Shown in pieces: positions 34,671 through 45,585 of a stretch of 64,000 bases of DNA (position 1 is its first letter; each line of letters opens with the position of its first letter). This stretch comes from Spirochaetes bacterium GWB1_36_13. GTDB taxonomy: Bacteria; Spirochaetota; GWB1-36-13. The stretch spans positions 2,723 to 66,722 of the forward strand of contig MIAO01000011.1 in the NCBI GenBank assembly GCA_001829155.1. The letters run 5' to 3'. The notes under the pieces are model-generated. The model saw nothing but the letters and a program-made list of their open reading frames with translations. It ran no database searches and was not told the origin of the DNA. The position numbers and the translations under genes are program-made.

Positions 34671-35432
34671 TTATTTAACGGTTTTCCGTTCCATAAGGTG
34701 GCATAGAAGATTATTGCCTTTTGATAGTTCTTTTTTTACATAATATAAAGGAAGATTCTCTTCATATCCGAAAAAAAGCTCCGGATATTCTTTTTCAGCG
34801 TAACTGATTTTAAAATTTTTTTTATCCAAGGGTGTTTCAGGCTTGATTTTCTTTTTTGCAGAAAGAATTTTCACTTTGCCTTTCAGTTTGACAAAAAAAC
34901 TTTTTGAGTAATAAAGATTCTGGTCCACAAATATTTCAAGCCGGACCGATTTGTTTCTTAAAAAATTTCCCTTAGGGACAAGCACTCTGAAGTGAATATC
35001 TCCATAAGGAACTTGAATGCTTTGAAGCGGTTCAATTAAAAAGATCTGAAGATTTTTAAAAACAGTTGCGGGATAGTTTTCTAAAACAGCTTTTTTAGTC
35101 TTTTCAAGAATTTCATATTCGAGTATTTTGGTGTAAAAAGGAGTGATTTCAATTTTATCTCCGGTCAGAATAAAATCTTTTCGGATTTTTACAAAAAGGA
35201 GTTTCCTGATTTCTTCAATATCATAGACCGTTTTTTTTTCAGGAAGCTTGAATAAGACAATTTTTTGAAGACTTTCTTTTTGTAAAGGAGTATCGGTTTC
35301 AATAGAGGCGATTTCGCCCAGTTCTACTTCCAGACCGGAAACTTTGGCGCAAGGCAAAAGCCGTATCAGAGTTTCAGAAGATACGGCTAATGGGAGGAAA
35401 AATGAAAAAATGAAAAAACTCAGAAAGCGCAT
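34671..35432 (-). CDS. Flagellar P-ring chaperone FlgA-like protein
   Basis: Signal peptide, VELGEIASI motif, coupled directly downstream of flgG; C-terminus looks short. Confidence 0.6.
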   Translation of the reverse strand: MRFLSFFIFSFFLPLAVSSETLIRLLPCAKVSGLEVELGEIASIETDTPLQKESLQKIVLFKLPEKKTVYDIEEIRKLLFVKIRKDFILTGDKIEITPFYTKILEYEILEKTKKAVLENYPATVFKNLQIFLIEPLQSIQVPYGDIHFRVLVPKGNFLRNKSVRLEIFVDQNLYYSKSFFVKLKGKVKILSAKKKIKPETPLDKKNFKISYAEKEYPELFFGYEENLPLYYVKKELSKGNNLLCHLMERKTVK

Positions 35433-36241
35433 TATCGTTTGAGTGAAACTGCGGTACCCAGCATATTGTCGGATGTTTGAATGGTTTTCGAGTCCATTTC
35501 ATAAGCTCTTTGAGCTGTAATCATATTCACCATTTCTTCAATAGCGTTTACATTCGACATTTCCAAAAACCGCTGCTTCACAAAGCCGAATCCGTTTTGG
35601 TTGGGGGTCCCCTCAATTGCGAGACCGCTTGCTTCAGTCGCCATTGCCAGATTTTTCCCTAAGTTATTCAAACCGGCGGAGTTGACAAAGCGGTAAGTCA
35701 AAACCTGTCCGACTTCAATGGGATTATTCGGGTCGGCGGCAGTCTTGACAGTGACCAAACCTTCTTCAGAAATATTGACGGTTCCGGGAATATAGTTTTG
35801 AGGCAAGGTGATTCTGGGTTCCAGATAATATCCTTCTGAAGTGACAATATCACCGTTTGGATCCACTTTAAAGGCTCCTTCCCGGGTATAGGCGAGTCTT
35901 CCGTCCGGGAGGTTGACCCTAAAAAATCCGTTTCCGAAAATCATCATATCCAGTTCATTTTCACTGGCTCTGGCTGAACCTTGAGTATAAAGTTTCTGGG
36001 TCCCCGATACTTCTACCCCGAGTCCCGCTTCAATTCCTGTCGGGTACTTGGCCGGGTTTTGACGGTGAAGGGAAGAAGGAGTTCCCGCAAGGCGTAAAGA
36101 TTGATAAAGAAGGTCTTGAAAATCGACTCTGTTTTTTTTAAATCCGACTGTATTGACATTGGAAAGATTATTGGCAATGGTATCCATGAGAAACTGCTGT
36201 CCCTGCATTCCTGTTGCAGCAGTCCAAAGTGATCGCATCAT
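35432..36241 (-). CDS. flgG: Flagellar basal-body rod protein FlgG
   Basis: MMRSLWTAATGM, ANNLSNVNTVGFKK, FQDLLYQ, LEMSNVNAIEEMVNMITAQRAYE. Confidence 0.96.
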   Translation of the reverse strand: MMRSLWTAATGMQGQQFLMDTIANNLSNVNTVGFKKNRVDFQDLLYQSLRLAGTPSSLHRQNPAKYPTGIEAGLGVEVSGTQKLYTQGSARASENELDMMIFGNGFFRVNLPDGRLAYTREGAFKVDPNGDIVTSEGYYLEPRITLPQNYIPGTVNISEEGLVTVKTAADPNNPIEVGQVLTYRFVNSAGLNNLGKNLAMATEASGLAIEGTPNQNGFGFVKQRFLEMSNVNAIEEMVNMITAQRAYEMDSKTIQTSDNMLGTAVSLKR

Positions 36242-36273
36242 GGCAAACTCCTTGTATTTGACTTCAGATTTAT

Positions 36274-36281
36274 ATATCGGA
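36274..36281 (-). promoter_or_regulatory. Possible sigma-28 -10 element (TCCGATAT) upstream of flgG
   Basis: Resembles GCCGATAA and lies upstream of a flagellar gene; the -35 match is poor. Confidence 0.3.
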
Positions 36282-36366
36282 AGATTAAAAAAATCATAAA
36301 GCCTGTTTTTAAAATGATTAAATTTAAACGAGAGGATTAAATCCTATCTTATATAAGGAGTGATTC

Positions 36367-36570
36367 ATGAGTTTCAAGAAAAAAAATATCCATCCGATTT
36401 TAAAACATACTCCGTTTCTGGGTTCCGGGAGAAATAAAATCATTCATTCTACTGAAAATCCTTGCCCTGAAGCATATCTAGTTGATGTTGACGACAGATG
36501 GTATATTAAAAGCATTCCAGACGGGGGTTATGTCCGCTGTCCGAAGTGTTTTCCATCAAAGGATCGATAA
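36367..36570 (+). CDS. Small hypothetical protein (H..C...CPKC, possible Zn ligand set)
   Basis: Good AAGGAG RBS; ends 3 bp before dapB. Confidence 0.6.
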   Translation: MSFKKKNIHPILKHTPFLGSGRNKIIHSTENPCPEAYLVDVDDRWYIKSIPDGGYVRCPKCFPSKDR

Positions 36571-36573
36571 GAA

Positions 36574-37356
36574 ATGGTCAAACTGGGTATTTACGGCGCA
36601 AGAGGGAGGATGGGGCAAGAACTCTGCATTGCCTCTGAAAACAACCAAAATGCGGTATTGAGTTATCTTTTTGAAAGGGAAGATCATCCCGATATGGGGA
36701 AAAATAATTTCAATCTGATTGTCGGAAGCAGTATTCATGAGCTTTTGTCTGAGTCTGATGTGGTGATTGATTTTACTTCACCGGAAGCAACCGGAAAATT
36801 ACTCTCTGCTAATGAAAAATTCAAAAAACCTCTGGTCATCGGGACAACTGGTTTAAATCAGGAACAGATCAAAAATATCGAAAATTATTCGAAATTTTTT
36901 CCGATTGTGTTCAGCCCCAATTACAGCATCGGCGTCAATCTTTTAATTGAAGTCATGGATATGGTGGGAAAAGTTTTATCAAAAGACAAAGGTTACGACC
37001 TTGAAATTATTGAACTCCATCACCGCTTTAAAAAAGACGCTCCCAGCGGCACAGCGCTTAAACTTGCAGAAGCCGCGGCGAAGGCGACCGGAAGAAATCT
37101 TTCCAAAGATGCAGTGTATGGACGCGAAGGGATCACAGGGGAAAGAAATCCTGATGAAGTGGGCGTATTTGCGGTTCGTGCCGGAGATATTGTAGGGGAG
37201 CATACTGTTTTATTTACTACCCTGGGAGAAAGAGTTGAAATCACTCACAAGGCGCATTCCCGGCAGACTTTCGCAAAAGGTGCAGTAGAAGCAGCCGTCT
37301 GGATACAGGGAAAAGCAAACCGGGTCTATACAATGAAAGATGTTCTCGGTTTTTAA
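36574..37356 (+). CDS. dapB: 4-hydroxy-tetrahydrodipicolinate reductase
   Basis: GARGRMG, DFT, GTTG, ELHHRFKKDAPSGTA, RAGDIVGEH. Confidence 0.97.
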   Translation: MVKLGIYGARGRMGQELCIASENNQNAVLSYLFEREDHPDMGKNNFNLIVGSSIHELLSESDVVIDFTSPEATGKLLSANEKFKKPLVIGTTGLNQEQIKNIENYSKFFPIVFSPNYSIGVNLLIEVMDMVGKVLSKDKGYDLEIIELHHRFKKDAPSGTALKLAEAAAKATGRNLSKDAVYGREGITGERNPDEVGVFAVRAGDIVGEHTVLFTTLGERVEITHKAHSRQTFAKGAVEAAVWIQGKANRVYTMKDVLGF

Positions 37357-37375
37357 TCAAATAAGGAGAAAAGAA

Positions 37376-38431
37376 ATGTTGAAAAAGATAATTTTATTAT
37401 TTTTTATTTTATCGTTTGTTTCATGCGGTAAAGCTTATATTAAAGATATGGACAGCCAGAACGAAGCTGATCCGAAAGAATTCGGGCTTTTAGTTTTCAG
37501 TCTGACTTTTCTGGAAAACGGGATTCAGGAATTGCCGCTATTTCTGACTCTGACAGGGGAACAAGGCGGGAGTGAAGAAATCAGGCTGGATATGAAAGAC
37601 GATACACTTTATGCTTTTTTTGTGAAAGAAGGGGTGTATTATCTGAGAGATCTGACAGGAGAAAATAATTCTCCTACCATTACAAGAACCGCAAGTAATA
37701 AAGAAACCAGAGATATTTACACGACTAAGCAGTGGAAAATTGTGGTCAAGGCAGGCGCTCTCAACTATGCGGGAAATATTTTTATTAAAGATTTTTCTGA
37801 TAATGAAAAACTGAATACGAAATTTAAGGTTAAAATGGAAAACTATGTTCTTTCAGCCGATATTTCTGTCAGAAAAAGAATGGCAGATATTTCCAGTGTT
37901 TTAGAAAAATACCCTTATCTGAAAGACAAACAGTTTCCAATCAATATGGCTTTATTCCAGGAAGATGATGCGGATAATTCAACCATCAGCGACAATTACC
38001 AGCAGAGCAAATTTGATTCTCAAAACAAGGGATATGGATCATACTACTGGGGCACTCCTATTTCAGAAGTGAAAAAAAGTCTGGAGCTGGAAGGGAAAAA
38101 GATTACAGTTCTTTCTCAGGATCATCTGATCGATTCCACTGTTTTAAAAAATCCGGTTGAATTCTTTTTTCTTCCCTTTGAAGGGGATTTTGCGCTTTAT
38201 AAAGTGCAGGTCTATTTCCTGAAAAGCGATTTTGACAGCATCTTTGCTTCCTTAAAAGGAAAATATGGAGATTTTGCCAAAAAAGATGAAAAAAGCTTTA
38301 CCTGGTACACGACTTACACCAAGTTGATTCTGGATGAAAAAGATGAATCCCTGATTCTGACCTATGAAGCGATCCATGCGAAAGAAGAAACAGAACAGAA
38401 AAATGAAGTCAAAGACAATTTAATCAAATAA
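37376..38431 (+). CDS. Hypothetical lipoprotein
   Basis: Start reassigned to MLKK after an AAGGAG RBS; lipobox SFVSC. Confidence 0.75.
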   Translation: MLKKIILLFFILSFVSCGKAYIKDMDSQNEADPKEFGLLVFSLTFLENGIQELPLFLTLTGEQGGSEEIRLDMKDDTLYAFFVKEGVYYLRDLTGENNSPTITRTASNKETRDIYTTKQWKIVVKAGALNYAGNIFIKDFSDNEKLNTKFKVKMENYVLSADISVRKRMADISSVLEKYPYLKDKQFPINMALFQEDDADNSTISDNYQQSKFDSQNKGYGSYYWGTPISEVKKSLELEGKKITVLSQDHLIDSTVLKNPVEFFFLPFEGDFALYKVQVYFLKSDFDSIFASLKGKYGDFAKKDEKSFTWYTTYTKLILDEKDESLILTYEAIHAKEETEQKNEVKDNLIK

Positions 38432-38524
38432 AGTGATTATGTTTAACTTTATTTTGGCGGAGCCGAACGGGCACTGAGCGGAGCCGAAGTGTACGAAATT
38501 AACTCATTTGCTGTTTTATCTGTA

Positions 38525-38557
38525 AAAAGATGCGGATTGAATCCGTATCTTTTTTTT
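38525..38557. terminator. Bidirectional terminator between convergent genes
   Basis: AAAAGATGCGGATT-G-AATCCGTATCTTTTTTTT. Confidence 0.7.
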
Positions 38558-41030
38558 ATACAATTTCCATTCCCACCATGCACACATCATCTTCAAAATG
38601 ATAGTCTTCCCTGAATTTCAAAAGTTCGTGATAAACAGATTCGATCAGCGATGTGATAGGGGACCGGTGATTTTTGACAAGAATATCGGGAAGGACATCT
38701 TCAAACTCATCGCCGGATATATTTGTGGCTTCAGTCAGCCCATCGGTGTAAAAAAGGATTTTATCTCCTTTCTCAAGCTGGATTTCTTTTTCTTCAAAAG
38801 AAAGATCATCCATAATCCCAAGGATTTTTCCTTTGGATTTTAAAGGAATAATAGAATCTTCCCTCAATAAAAAAGGATAATTATGAGAAGCTCTGGAATA
38901 TTTAAAGAGTTTGCTTTCAGAATCATAAATACCGTAAAAAGCGGTCAGGAAATTTCCGCTTGTCTGACCCACCAGACGGCGGTTGACATAAGAAAGAAGC
39001 TCATGAGGCTCAAGCATTTTTTCTCCCGCTGAGTCCAATACGGATTTGAGCATGCTGGTGATTAAGGCGGCGGGAACTCCGTGACCGGACACATCGCTGA
39101 TGAAGATTCCTAACGATTTTTCCTGCTCTCCTTTGATAAAATCAAAAAAATCTCCTCCAATATTTTCCATCGGTTTATAAAGAGACGCAAAACGGGTGTT
39201 CAAAAGATAGGGAAAAACGGAAGGGATGAGTTTCTGCTGGATTTTTTCCGCCAGTTTCAATTCCTGAAGGAGCTGGTAGTTTTTTGTTTTGATAATCGCA
39301 TTCTGTTCTTCCAGTTTCAGCTTCTGCTCTTCCACCTGTTTTTTCTGTTCTTCAACCAGGGTGTAAAGCTGCGCATTTGAAATTGCGCTTCCGATCAATG
39401 AAAAAAGAGATTCAAGCACAGTCAGATCGTTTTCTTTTAACCCCAAGGGTTTTTCCAGAGTATAAAGATGGACGCTTCCGATCGGTTTCCCGTCTTTTCG
39501 GATGGGAATAAGAAGAAGAGTGCGCGGCGTCTCCATCAGTTTTAAAATATCTTTGTCTTTTTGAGACATGGGAAGGTGGAGAATCGGCTGGACATCGTCA
39601 AAATAAAAATAAATATTCCGAAGGTATCCGCTGGGGCATGCTCCGTCATGAGCATCCATGAGATACCCTTTCGCTTCTTTTTGATATTGAATAACATTTT
39701 CAGCGATATGCTGATGCTTGGGATGAATAATATAATTCATGACAAAATCTAAGCGGTTGTTTTTTTCCATAAAAACCATGGCATAATCAAAACCAAAAAG
39801 AGAAAGAACTTCTTTTAAGATGGTACGGTAAATCTGACTTAAAGAAGTCAGATTATTGATGGTTTCCGCAATTGAAAGGATTTTTCTGTTTTTTTCTGCG
39901 GCAGTCAGAATTTCTTTTTCCTTCTCTTTTAAAAGAGTGTAAAAAATTGAATTTTTAGTCTGTTTATAAAAAAGTTCAATCAGCTTTCTTATTTTTTGAA
40001 TAGCAGAATCGGGAATCTGGTTTTCATGGGTATAAAGAAAAATCAACCCCAGGGCATCTTGAACAGAATTTGTTTGAAAATCCTGAATAAAGGGAATATA
40101 AACTCCATAGCGGCATTCCCAGAGTGCAAACATCCGTTTGGTATTTTCGTTGTATTTTGAAATTGAGCTTTGATCTAGGACAACCGATTTTAAAAGAGAC
40201 TGAAAAAAAACTTCAGGGCTGGTTTCCAGGGGGGTTTTCTTTTTAATAAGAACTTTTTCCATGTTTTTGAATTTTTGAGACATTGTGATTTTTTCAGTAA
40301 TCAGATTTTGTTTTTCAGGATCCAGGATAGAGATAAAATATCCGTCAAAACAGCCTGTTTTTTCAATTTCTTTTCCTAAAAGATCAAAAAGTTCCGAGAT
40401 TTCAATGACTGAATTGATTTTTTTCACGAGTTGAATGGTTTCTTCATGTTCCAGTCTGATTTTTTCAAGTTCTTCTTTTTTTCTGACCATCTGGAGGCTG
40501 CCCGCAACTGAACTGACAAAATCTTCAATAGCTGCAATTTTTTCTTTGTCTAAATTTAATTTATTATAGGAAGAGCAGTGAAAGACCCCGATCGCGAAGT
40601 TGTCAAAGAGAATAGGCACAATAAGGTTTTCTTTGATTCCAAGGGCTTTTACTGTTTCGCGGTCTTTTGGGCGCATGTTTTCCAGATGCTCCACAATAGT
40701 GCAGTCGGAATACCGGGTTTTCTTTGTCTTTGCGACAACGGCGCTGATGGAATCCTCATCTTGTAAAGAAACATCCTGATGAACCGCTTCTTTGATATCG
40801 TTTTTTGAGTCATCAAATCCGTAATACCGGTATGAAACCAGTTTCTGCTTTTCTTCGTCCACCAGCTGAATCCCGATCGCGTCAAAATTCCACCTTGATT
40901 TCAGAAAATCCGTAATATCGCCCAAAAGACTGTCTAAATTATCCGAAAATGATATTTTTTTAATCAGTTCTTTTTCTTCTAAAAGATGTTCGTAAGAATC
41001 GGAAAAGTTCAAAAAGAACTCCTTTGCCAT
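38556..41030 (-). CDS. Multi-GAF SpoIIE/PP2C phosphatase
   Basis: Three GAF-like domains; IGGDFFD, SDVSGHGVPAAL, YTDGLTE, EDD. Confidence 0.92.
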   Translation of the reverse strand: MAKEFFLNFSDSYEHLLEEKELIKKISFSDNLDSLLGDITDFLKSRWNFDAIGIQLVDEEKQKLVSYRYYGFDDSKNDIKEAVHQDVSLQDEDSISAVVAKTKKTRYSDCTIVEHLENMRPKDRETVKALGIKENLIVPILFDNFAIGVFHCSSYNKLNLDKEKIAAIEDFVSSVAGSLQMVRKKEELEKIRLEHEETIQLVKKINSVIEISELFDLLGKEIEKTGCFDGYFISILDPEKQNLITEKITMSQKFKNMEKVLIKKKTPLETSPEVFFQSLLKSVVLDQSSISKYNENTKRMFALWECRYGVYIPFIQDFQTNSVQDALGLIFLYTHENQIPDSAIQKIRKLIELFYKQTKNSIFYTLLKEKEKEILTAAEKNRKILSIAETINNLTSLSQIYRTILKEVLSLFGFDYAMVFMEKNNRLDFVMNYIIHPKHQHIAENVIQYQKEAKGYLMDAHDGACPSGYLRNIYFYFDDVQPILHLPMSQKDKDILKLMETPRTLLLIPIRKDGKPIGSVHLYTLEKPLGLKENDLTVLESLFSLIGSAISNAQLYTLVEEQKKQVEEQKLKLEEQNAIIKTKNYQLLQELKLAEKIQQKLIPSVFPYLLNTRFASLYKPMENIGGDFFDFIKGEQEKSLGIFISDVSGHGVPAALITSMLKSVLDSAGEKMLEPHELLSYVNRRLVGQTSGNFLTAFYGIYDSESKLFKYSRASHNYPFLLREDSIIPLKSKGKILGIMDDLSFEEKEIQLEKGDKILFYTDGLTEATNISGDEFEDVLPDILVKNHRSPITSLIESVYHELLKFREDYHFEDDVCMVGMEIV

Positions 41031-41122
41031 TAAATTTTTTAAAACGAGTTTAAAAAATAATAATAAAAAAGTTTAAGAAAAAAATATTTTCTTCTTAAAC
41101 TTCATAAATAAAATCAGATCAA

Positions 41123-42202
41123 TTATAAAAGTTCTTCTTCCTGATCATTTTTTTTAGAAGATCTTTTTTTAGGTTTGGTTTCTTCTTTCACAGGTTCTTC
41201 TTTTTTTACTTCATTGATATAAAGATTAAAGTGTTTTCTGACCAGATTTTCAATTTCTACGACCAACTCAGGATTTTCATCAAAAAATTTATAAACGCTG
41301 TCTTTTCCCTGTCCGATTCTTTTTTCTCCGTATGAATACCAGGTTCCGCTTCTTTTCAAAATATCCAGTTTTGCAGCTTCTTCCACAATGCACGAATAAT
41401 TATAAGGACCCCTGTCGAAAAGAACCGCAAACTCCGCTGTTTTAAAAGGGCTTGCCAGTTTATTTTTAGCGATTTTGATTTTTGTGGTAAAGCCGTAAAC
41501 TTCATCTTTTTCTTTTAAAGCTTCCCCTTTTCTGACTTCCATTCGCAGAGAAGAATAAAATTTTAACGCCATTCCCCCGGTGGTGGTTTCAGGGTTTCCG
41601 TAACCGCCGATTTTCATCCGAAGCTGGTTGATGAAAATGACACAGGTTCTTGATTTATTCACACAGCCGGTAATTTTTCGAAGCGCTTGAGACATGAGCC
41701 TTGCCTGAAGGCCAATGATCGAGTCCCCCATATTTCCTTCGATTTCCGCTTTTGGAACCAAAGCGGCCACACTGTCAATGACCACAAGATCAAATTGAGC
41801 GGTTCTGACTAAAGTTTCCGTAATTTCCAGAGCCTGTTCGCCGGAATCGGGCTGAGAAATATAGAGTTCATCCAGTTTTACCCCGATTTTTTCAGCATAA
41901 ACAGGATCTAAAGCGTGCTCTGCATCCACAAAAGCCGCTACTCCTCCCATTTTCTGCACCTGAGCGATAGCAGAGAGGGCAATAGTTGTTTTACCCGAAG
42001 ACTCAGGTCCGTAAACCTCGATAATCCTGCCTCTGGCAAATCCCCCCACCCCTGTAGCAATATCAACAGAAAGGATTCCGGTAGAAATGACAGGGACATT
42101 GACCCTTTTCCCTTCTTCCAGCTTCATAATGCTTTCTTCGCCGTATTTTTTCTGTATTTCTTTGATTGCACTTTCAATAATAGCTTTCTTTTGGCTGTCC
42201 AT
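41123..42202 (-). CDS. recA: Recombinase A
   Basis: [41 protein letters not shown]. Confidence 0.99.
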   Translation of the reverse strand: MDSQKKAIIESAIKEIQKKYGEESIMKLEEGKRVNVPVISTGILSVDIATGVGGFARGRIIEVYGPESSGKTTIALSAIAQVQKMGGVAAFVDAEHALDPVYAEKIGVKLDELYISQPDSGEQALEITETLVRTAQFDLVVIDSVAALVPKAEIEGNMGDSIIGLQARLMSQALRKITGCVNKSRTCVIFINQLRMKIGGYGNPETTTGGMALKFYSSLRMEVRKGEALKEKDEVYGFTTKIKIAKNKLASPFKTAEFAVLFDRGPYNYSCIVEEAAKLDILKRSGTWYSYGEKRIGQGKDSVYKFFDENPELVVEIENLVRKHFNLYINEVKKEEPVKEETKPKKRSSKKNDQEEELL

Positions 42203-42221
42203 TTTTTCCTCTTTTTTATTT

Positions 42222-43649
42222 TTACTCTTTAAAATTAATATTCATAAAATGTTTTATAAAACTTTCTTCTTTCTGAATGTTGGAAGAAGAGTCTGTTTCT
42301 AGTGTGTGTTTAATTTCTTCCAGAATCTGCTGATGGTATTTTAATGCCTCTTCCTTATGAAAAGGTTCTTCTTCTTTCAAATAAATAATTTCTGTTTCTT
42401 TTACAGCGGTGAAATGGAAAATGTCTTTGATTTTGGATTTCAGTTCGTTTGAAAAATAAAAGATATCTAAAACTCCGTCGGATCCGCCGAAACTGATTTC
42501 ATAATTTTTCTTGGTAGAGGAAAGCTTAATTTTTCCACGGATGATTTTTATAAACTGGTCGGGTTTTAAAAATATCTCTATATTTTCAGCATCCGCAAAA
42601 ACAATCGAGTCGCTTTTTACAGGACTTTCTGGTTTGCCCACATAGACATTCGTAATCGGGAAGGGGATCTCGATTCCCTGTCTTTGAAACATATACCAGA
42701 GTTGAGTTTTAATTTTATCTTCTACCTGAAGAATGGTTTCAAAGTTTTCCAGAAAAAAACGGATTTCATATTCAATATAAAAGTCTTTAAAATCTTTTAA
42801 AAAAATTTCAGGCGCCGGCTGTTTTAAAACTTCGTCAAAATTTTTTAGAAACTTTAAAATCTGTTCCTTCACATATCCAGGCGGATTTTTATAAGAAATT
42901 CCTATCTTAAAAATCCTTGCAAATTGTGCATAATAATTATATTTGATAATCTCAACACCGCCGATTTCCTTATTTGGGACAATAATGACCTGATTATTTC
43001 GGTTTCTGATCTGGGTAGTTCTCCAATTCATCTGAACCACAGTGCCGAGCTCCCCCGATTTGATTTTAATAAAATCTCCGATTTTGTAAGTTTTTTCAAG
43101 AATAATTGAAAAACCTGCAATAATATTAACCAGCGTGTCCTGAAAGGCAAATCCGATAGCGGCTGTTGCGATCGCTGAAGTAACAGCAATATCTTGGAGT
43201 GAAAACCCGAAAAAAGTCTTCAGCATCATCAGAATAATAAAACTCCAGATCACGGCTTTGATAATATCTCTGAATATCTGGGTGACTTCTTTTCTTCCAT
43301 GGCGGATGAAAAAAACTTCAACGACAATATAATCAATGACTTTTAATAGTTTGAACATGAAAATAAAGATAGACACATCTGAAAGAAAGCCTGAAACACT
43401 CCCCGGCACCTGCTTCCAGAAAAGGTAAAAAAGAAAATAAAAACTAAGTGTCCTTAAGTTTTTTTTAACCGGATCCAAATCCTTAAATTTTCTAATCAGG
43501 ATTTTGATAATGACAATCGAAAGAAAAAAAGCCAGAACGAGAAGACTGGCAAGAAGGATAAATTCTCCCCATCCGCTGGATTTGATATCCAGAAATGTCT
43601 GAACAATTTCTTTTTTCAACATCAATATTGTATTGATAATGGCATCCAT
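42222..43649 (-). CDS. MscS-family mechanosensitive channel
   Basis: [33 protein letters not shown]. Confidence 0.9.
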   Translation of the reverse strand: MDAIINTILMLKKEIVQTFLDIKSSGWGEFILLASLLVLAFFLSIVIIKILIRKFKDLDPVKKNLRTLSFYFLFYLFWKQVPGSVSGFLSDVSIFIFMFKLLKVIDYIVVEVFFIRHGRKEVTQIFRDIIKAVIWSFIILMMLKTFFGFSLQDIAVTSAIATAAIGFAFQDTLVNIIAGFSIILEKTYKIGDFIKIKSGELGTVVQMNWRTTQIRNRNNQVIIVPNKEIGGVEIIKYNYYAQFARIFKIGISYKNPPGYVKEQILKFLKNFDEVLKQPAPEIFLKDFKDFYIEYEIRFFLENFETILQVEDKIKTQLWYMFQRQGIEIPFPITNVYVGKPESPVKSDSIVFADAENIEIFLKPDQFIKIIRGKIKLSSTKKNYEISFGGSDGVLDIFYFSNELKSKIKDIFHFTAVKETEIIYLKEEEPFHKEEALKYHQQILEEIKHTLETDSSSNIQKEESFIKHFMNINFKE

Positions 43650-43707
43650 TAAAGCTCCCTAAACGCGCAAACCCAGATAGAAGTTGAGCACCTGTTTTTT
43701 TATAATA

Positions 43708-44256
43708 TTATTTATTGTCTATTTTATTCAATTCCTGAATAACATTATCAAGAGTATGAGGGGTTTTATTGTCGGAAATCAAGGCGTAAATGCTGGAAAG
43801 TTCCTTGATGGCTTTCCCTAAAACGCCCAGTTTCTTTTCTACATTTTGCTGAAGTCCCTTTTGTTCGATAGAGCTGATTTCAGATGATATTTCAAAGGCT
43901 TTGATCAGTTCCATCAGATCCTTTTTCTCTTTGTTGGCCATATCCAGAGTGCTTTCATAAGATTGAAGAAGCCCGTAAAGGTCTTTTTTTTCTCCTTCTG
44001 TCAGTGTCATGGTATGCTGATAAGCTTCGATTGTGTCATAAAGCTCAATTTTTTCTTTTCTGGACATTTCTTCCGCTACCTCAAGCGCCTGAACGGTCTG
44101 TTCGGTCTCGGCAATTTCTTCTTGCGCCAGGAGAGATATCTGATCAAAAGCCTTGATGATATTCTTAAGCTGAACAATTTCTCTGTTTTTCGTATCCAGT
44201 TCCTTTTTCAGGCTTTCATTTTCTTTTTTCAGTATTTCTAATTCTTTATTGTGCAT
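43708..44256 (-). CDS. Coiled-coil protein with ~21-aa tandem repeats
   Basis: Repeated units EKxxLxxxIxAY/FExxxxxS. Confidence 0.75.
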   Translation of the reverse strand: MHNKELEILKKENESLKKELDTKNREIVQLKNIIKAFDQISLLAQEEIAETEQTVQALEVAEEMSRKEKIELYDTIEAYQHTMTLTEGEKKDLYGLLQSYESTLDMANKEKKDLMELIKAFEISSEISSIEQKGLQQNVEKKLGVLGKAIKELSSIYALISDNKTPHTLDNVIQELNKIDNK

Positions 44257-44328
44257 CCTAATCCTCCCTGCTGAAATTGTTTTATTTTAACCTTTAATTC
44301 TTTAAAGAATAATTTTATATTACAAGTA

Positions 44329-44967
44329 TCAGTCCACTTTGGTCCAATCGATCACAACGCCGATGTTTTTTGCGAGTTCCTCTATATCCTGATCGGTATG
44401 ATAAAGCATGCCGGGGTTATTGTCAATATTAATCTGACCGTTTGATTCTTTGATGAATCGTTTGGCAAGATGATGAGTGGCGCTGACGGTTTCTCCGGTT
44501 TTATCTTCTTTGGAAGTCTTATGCTCGATCGTTCCGTTGCAGGTGCAAAAAAAGACCTGGGCAGAGCTTTCAATTTTAATGAAAAAAGAGGTTCCTCTGA
44601 CTCCAGCCAGCGAAACAGGGGTTCGAACCATGTGTTCTTTTTTTTCATTCCCTTTGTTTAAAACAGCGGACATTTCTCCGCTGACAAGGTCAATGAGTTT
44701 GATTTTATCCGAAAAATCGAGAGAAATTTTTGAAAGTGAATGAATCTGGAGAATGCTTTTTTCAGAAAGTAAAATATTGCAGACGCTCTTTTCCCCGGTC
44801 TCTATCTCGTCTTTATTTTTTATGATTTGATTGAGGGAAGCTTTTTGACCGTTGATTCGGACATCTCCCAGAATAAAAGAAATTTTTCCGGCTTCATCGG
44901 GTTTATTGCAGGAAGAGAGAAAAGAAAGAGAAAGCAGGAAAAAACAATAAAGTTGTTTTTGAGTCAT
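44329..44967 (-). CDS. FecR-domain lipoprotein
   Basis: Lipobox FLSSC; VRTPVSLAGVRGTSF. Confidence 0.8.
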   Translation of the reverse strand: MTQKQLYCFFLLSLSFLSSCNKPDEAGKISFILGDVRINGQKASLNQIIKNKDEIETGEKSVCNILLSEKSILQIHSLSKISLDFSDKIKLIDLVSGEMSAVLNKGNEKKEHMVRTPVSLAGVRGTSFFIKIESSAQVFFCTCNGTIEHKTSKEDKTGETVSATHHLAKRFIKESNGQINIDNNPGMLYHTDQDIEELAKNIGVVIDWTKVD

Positions 44968-45134
44968 TTTTCACACCTCTTATTTATATCTATTTGTATT
45001 AACAAAATATAATATAATATAAGAGACTGCGCAAAGTAAATCTGAAATAAGATATTTTTAAAAAAATTTGTTTTTATTCCCTTTCATGAATATTTTATTC
45101 CTTGAATAAACTGATATTTGATAAGGAGTGTTTT

Positions 45135-45548
45135 ATGACGATTAAGGAACTTTCTATTTTTGTTCAGAATAAAAAAGGCAAACTAGCGGCGATCAGCCGT
45201 TTGATGGGAGAAAATGAAATTAATATCCGTGCTTTTAATATGCAGGATACCGCCGAAGGATACGGTATTTTCAGACTGATTGTCGATTATACTGAAAAAG
45301 CCCGTGAAATTCTTCAGGCAAACCACTTCACTGTTTCAGAGACAGAAGTAGCGGCGCTGGCTTTACCGGATAAACCCAATGCGCTTTATAATCTTTTGAA
45401 TCTTTTCGCAGAAAACGGGCTGAATGTAGAGTACATTTATGCGGGCGCCAATTCTGTGGTAATGATCAAACTCGATGATCCGAATAAAGCAGGGCAGATT
45501 CTTCAAAAAGAAGGCTTGCCGCTGATTAACAATACGCTTAAAATTTAA
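45135..45548 (+). CDS. ACT-domain protein
   Basis: Start MTIKELSIFVQNKKGKL after an AAGGAG RBS; INIRA and NVEYIYA motifs; typical paaK neighbour. Confidence 0.88.
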   Translation: MTIKELSIFVQNKKGKLAAISRLMGENEINIRAFNMQDTAEGYGIFRLIVDYTEKAREILQANHFTVSETEVAALALPDKPNALYNLLNLFAENGLNVEYIYAGANSVVMIKLDDPNKAGQILQKEGLPLINNTLKI

Positions 45549-45585
45549 AATCAGTTAAAAACACAACCAAGGAGACAATTTTAAA

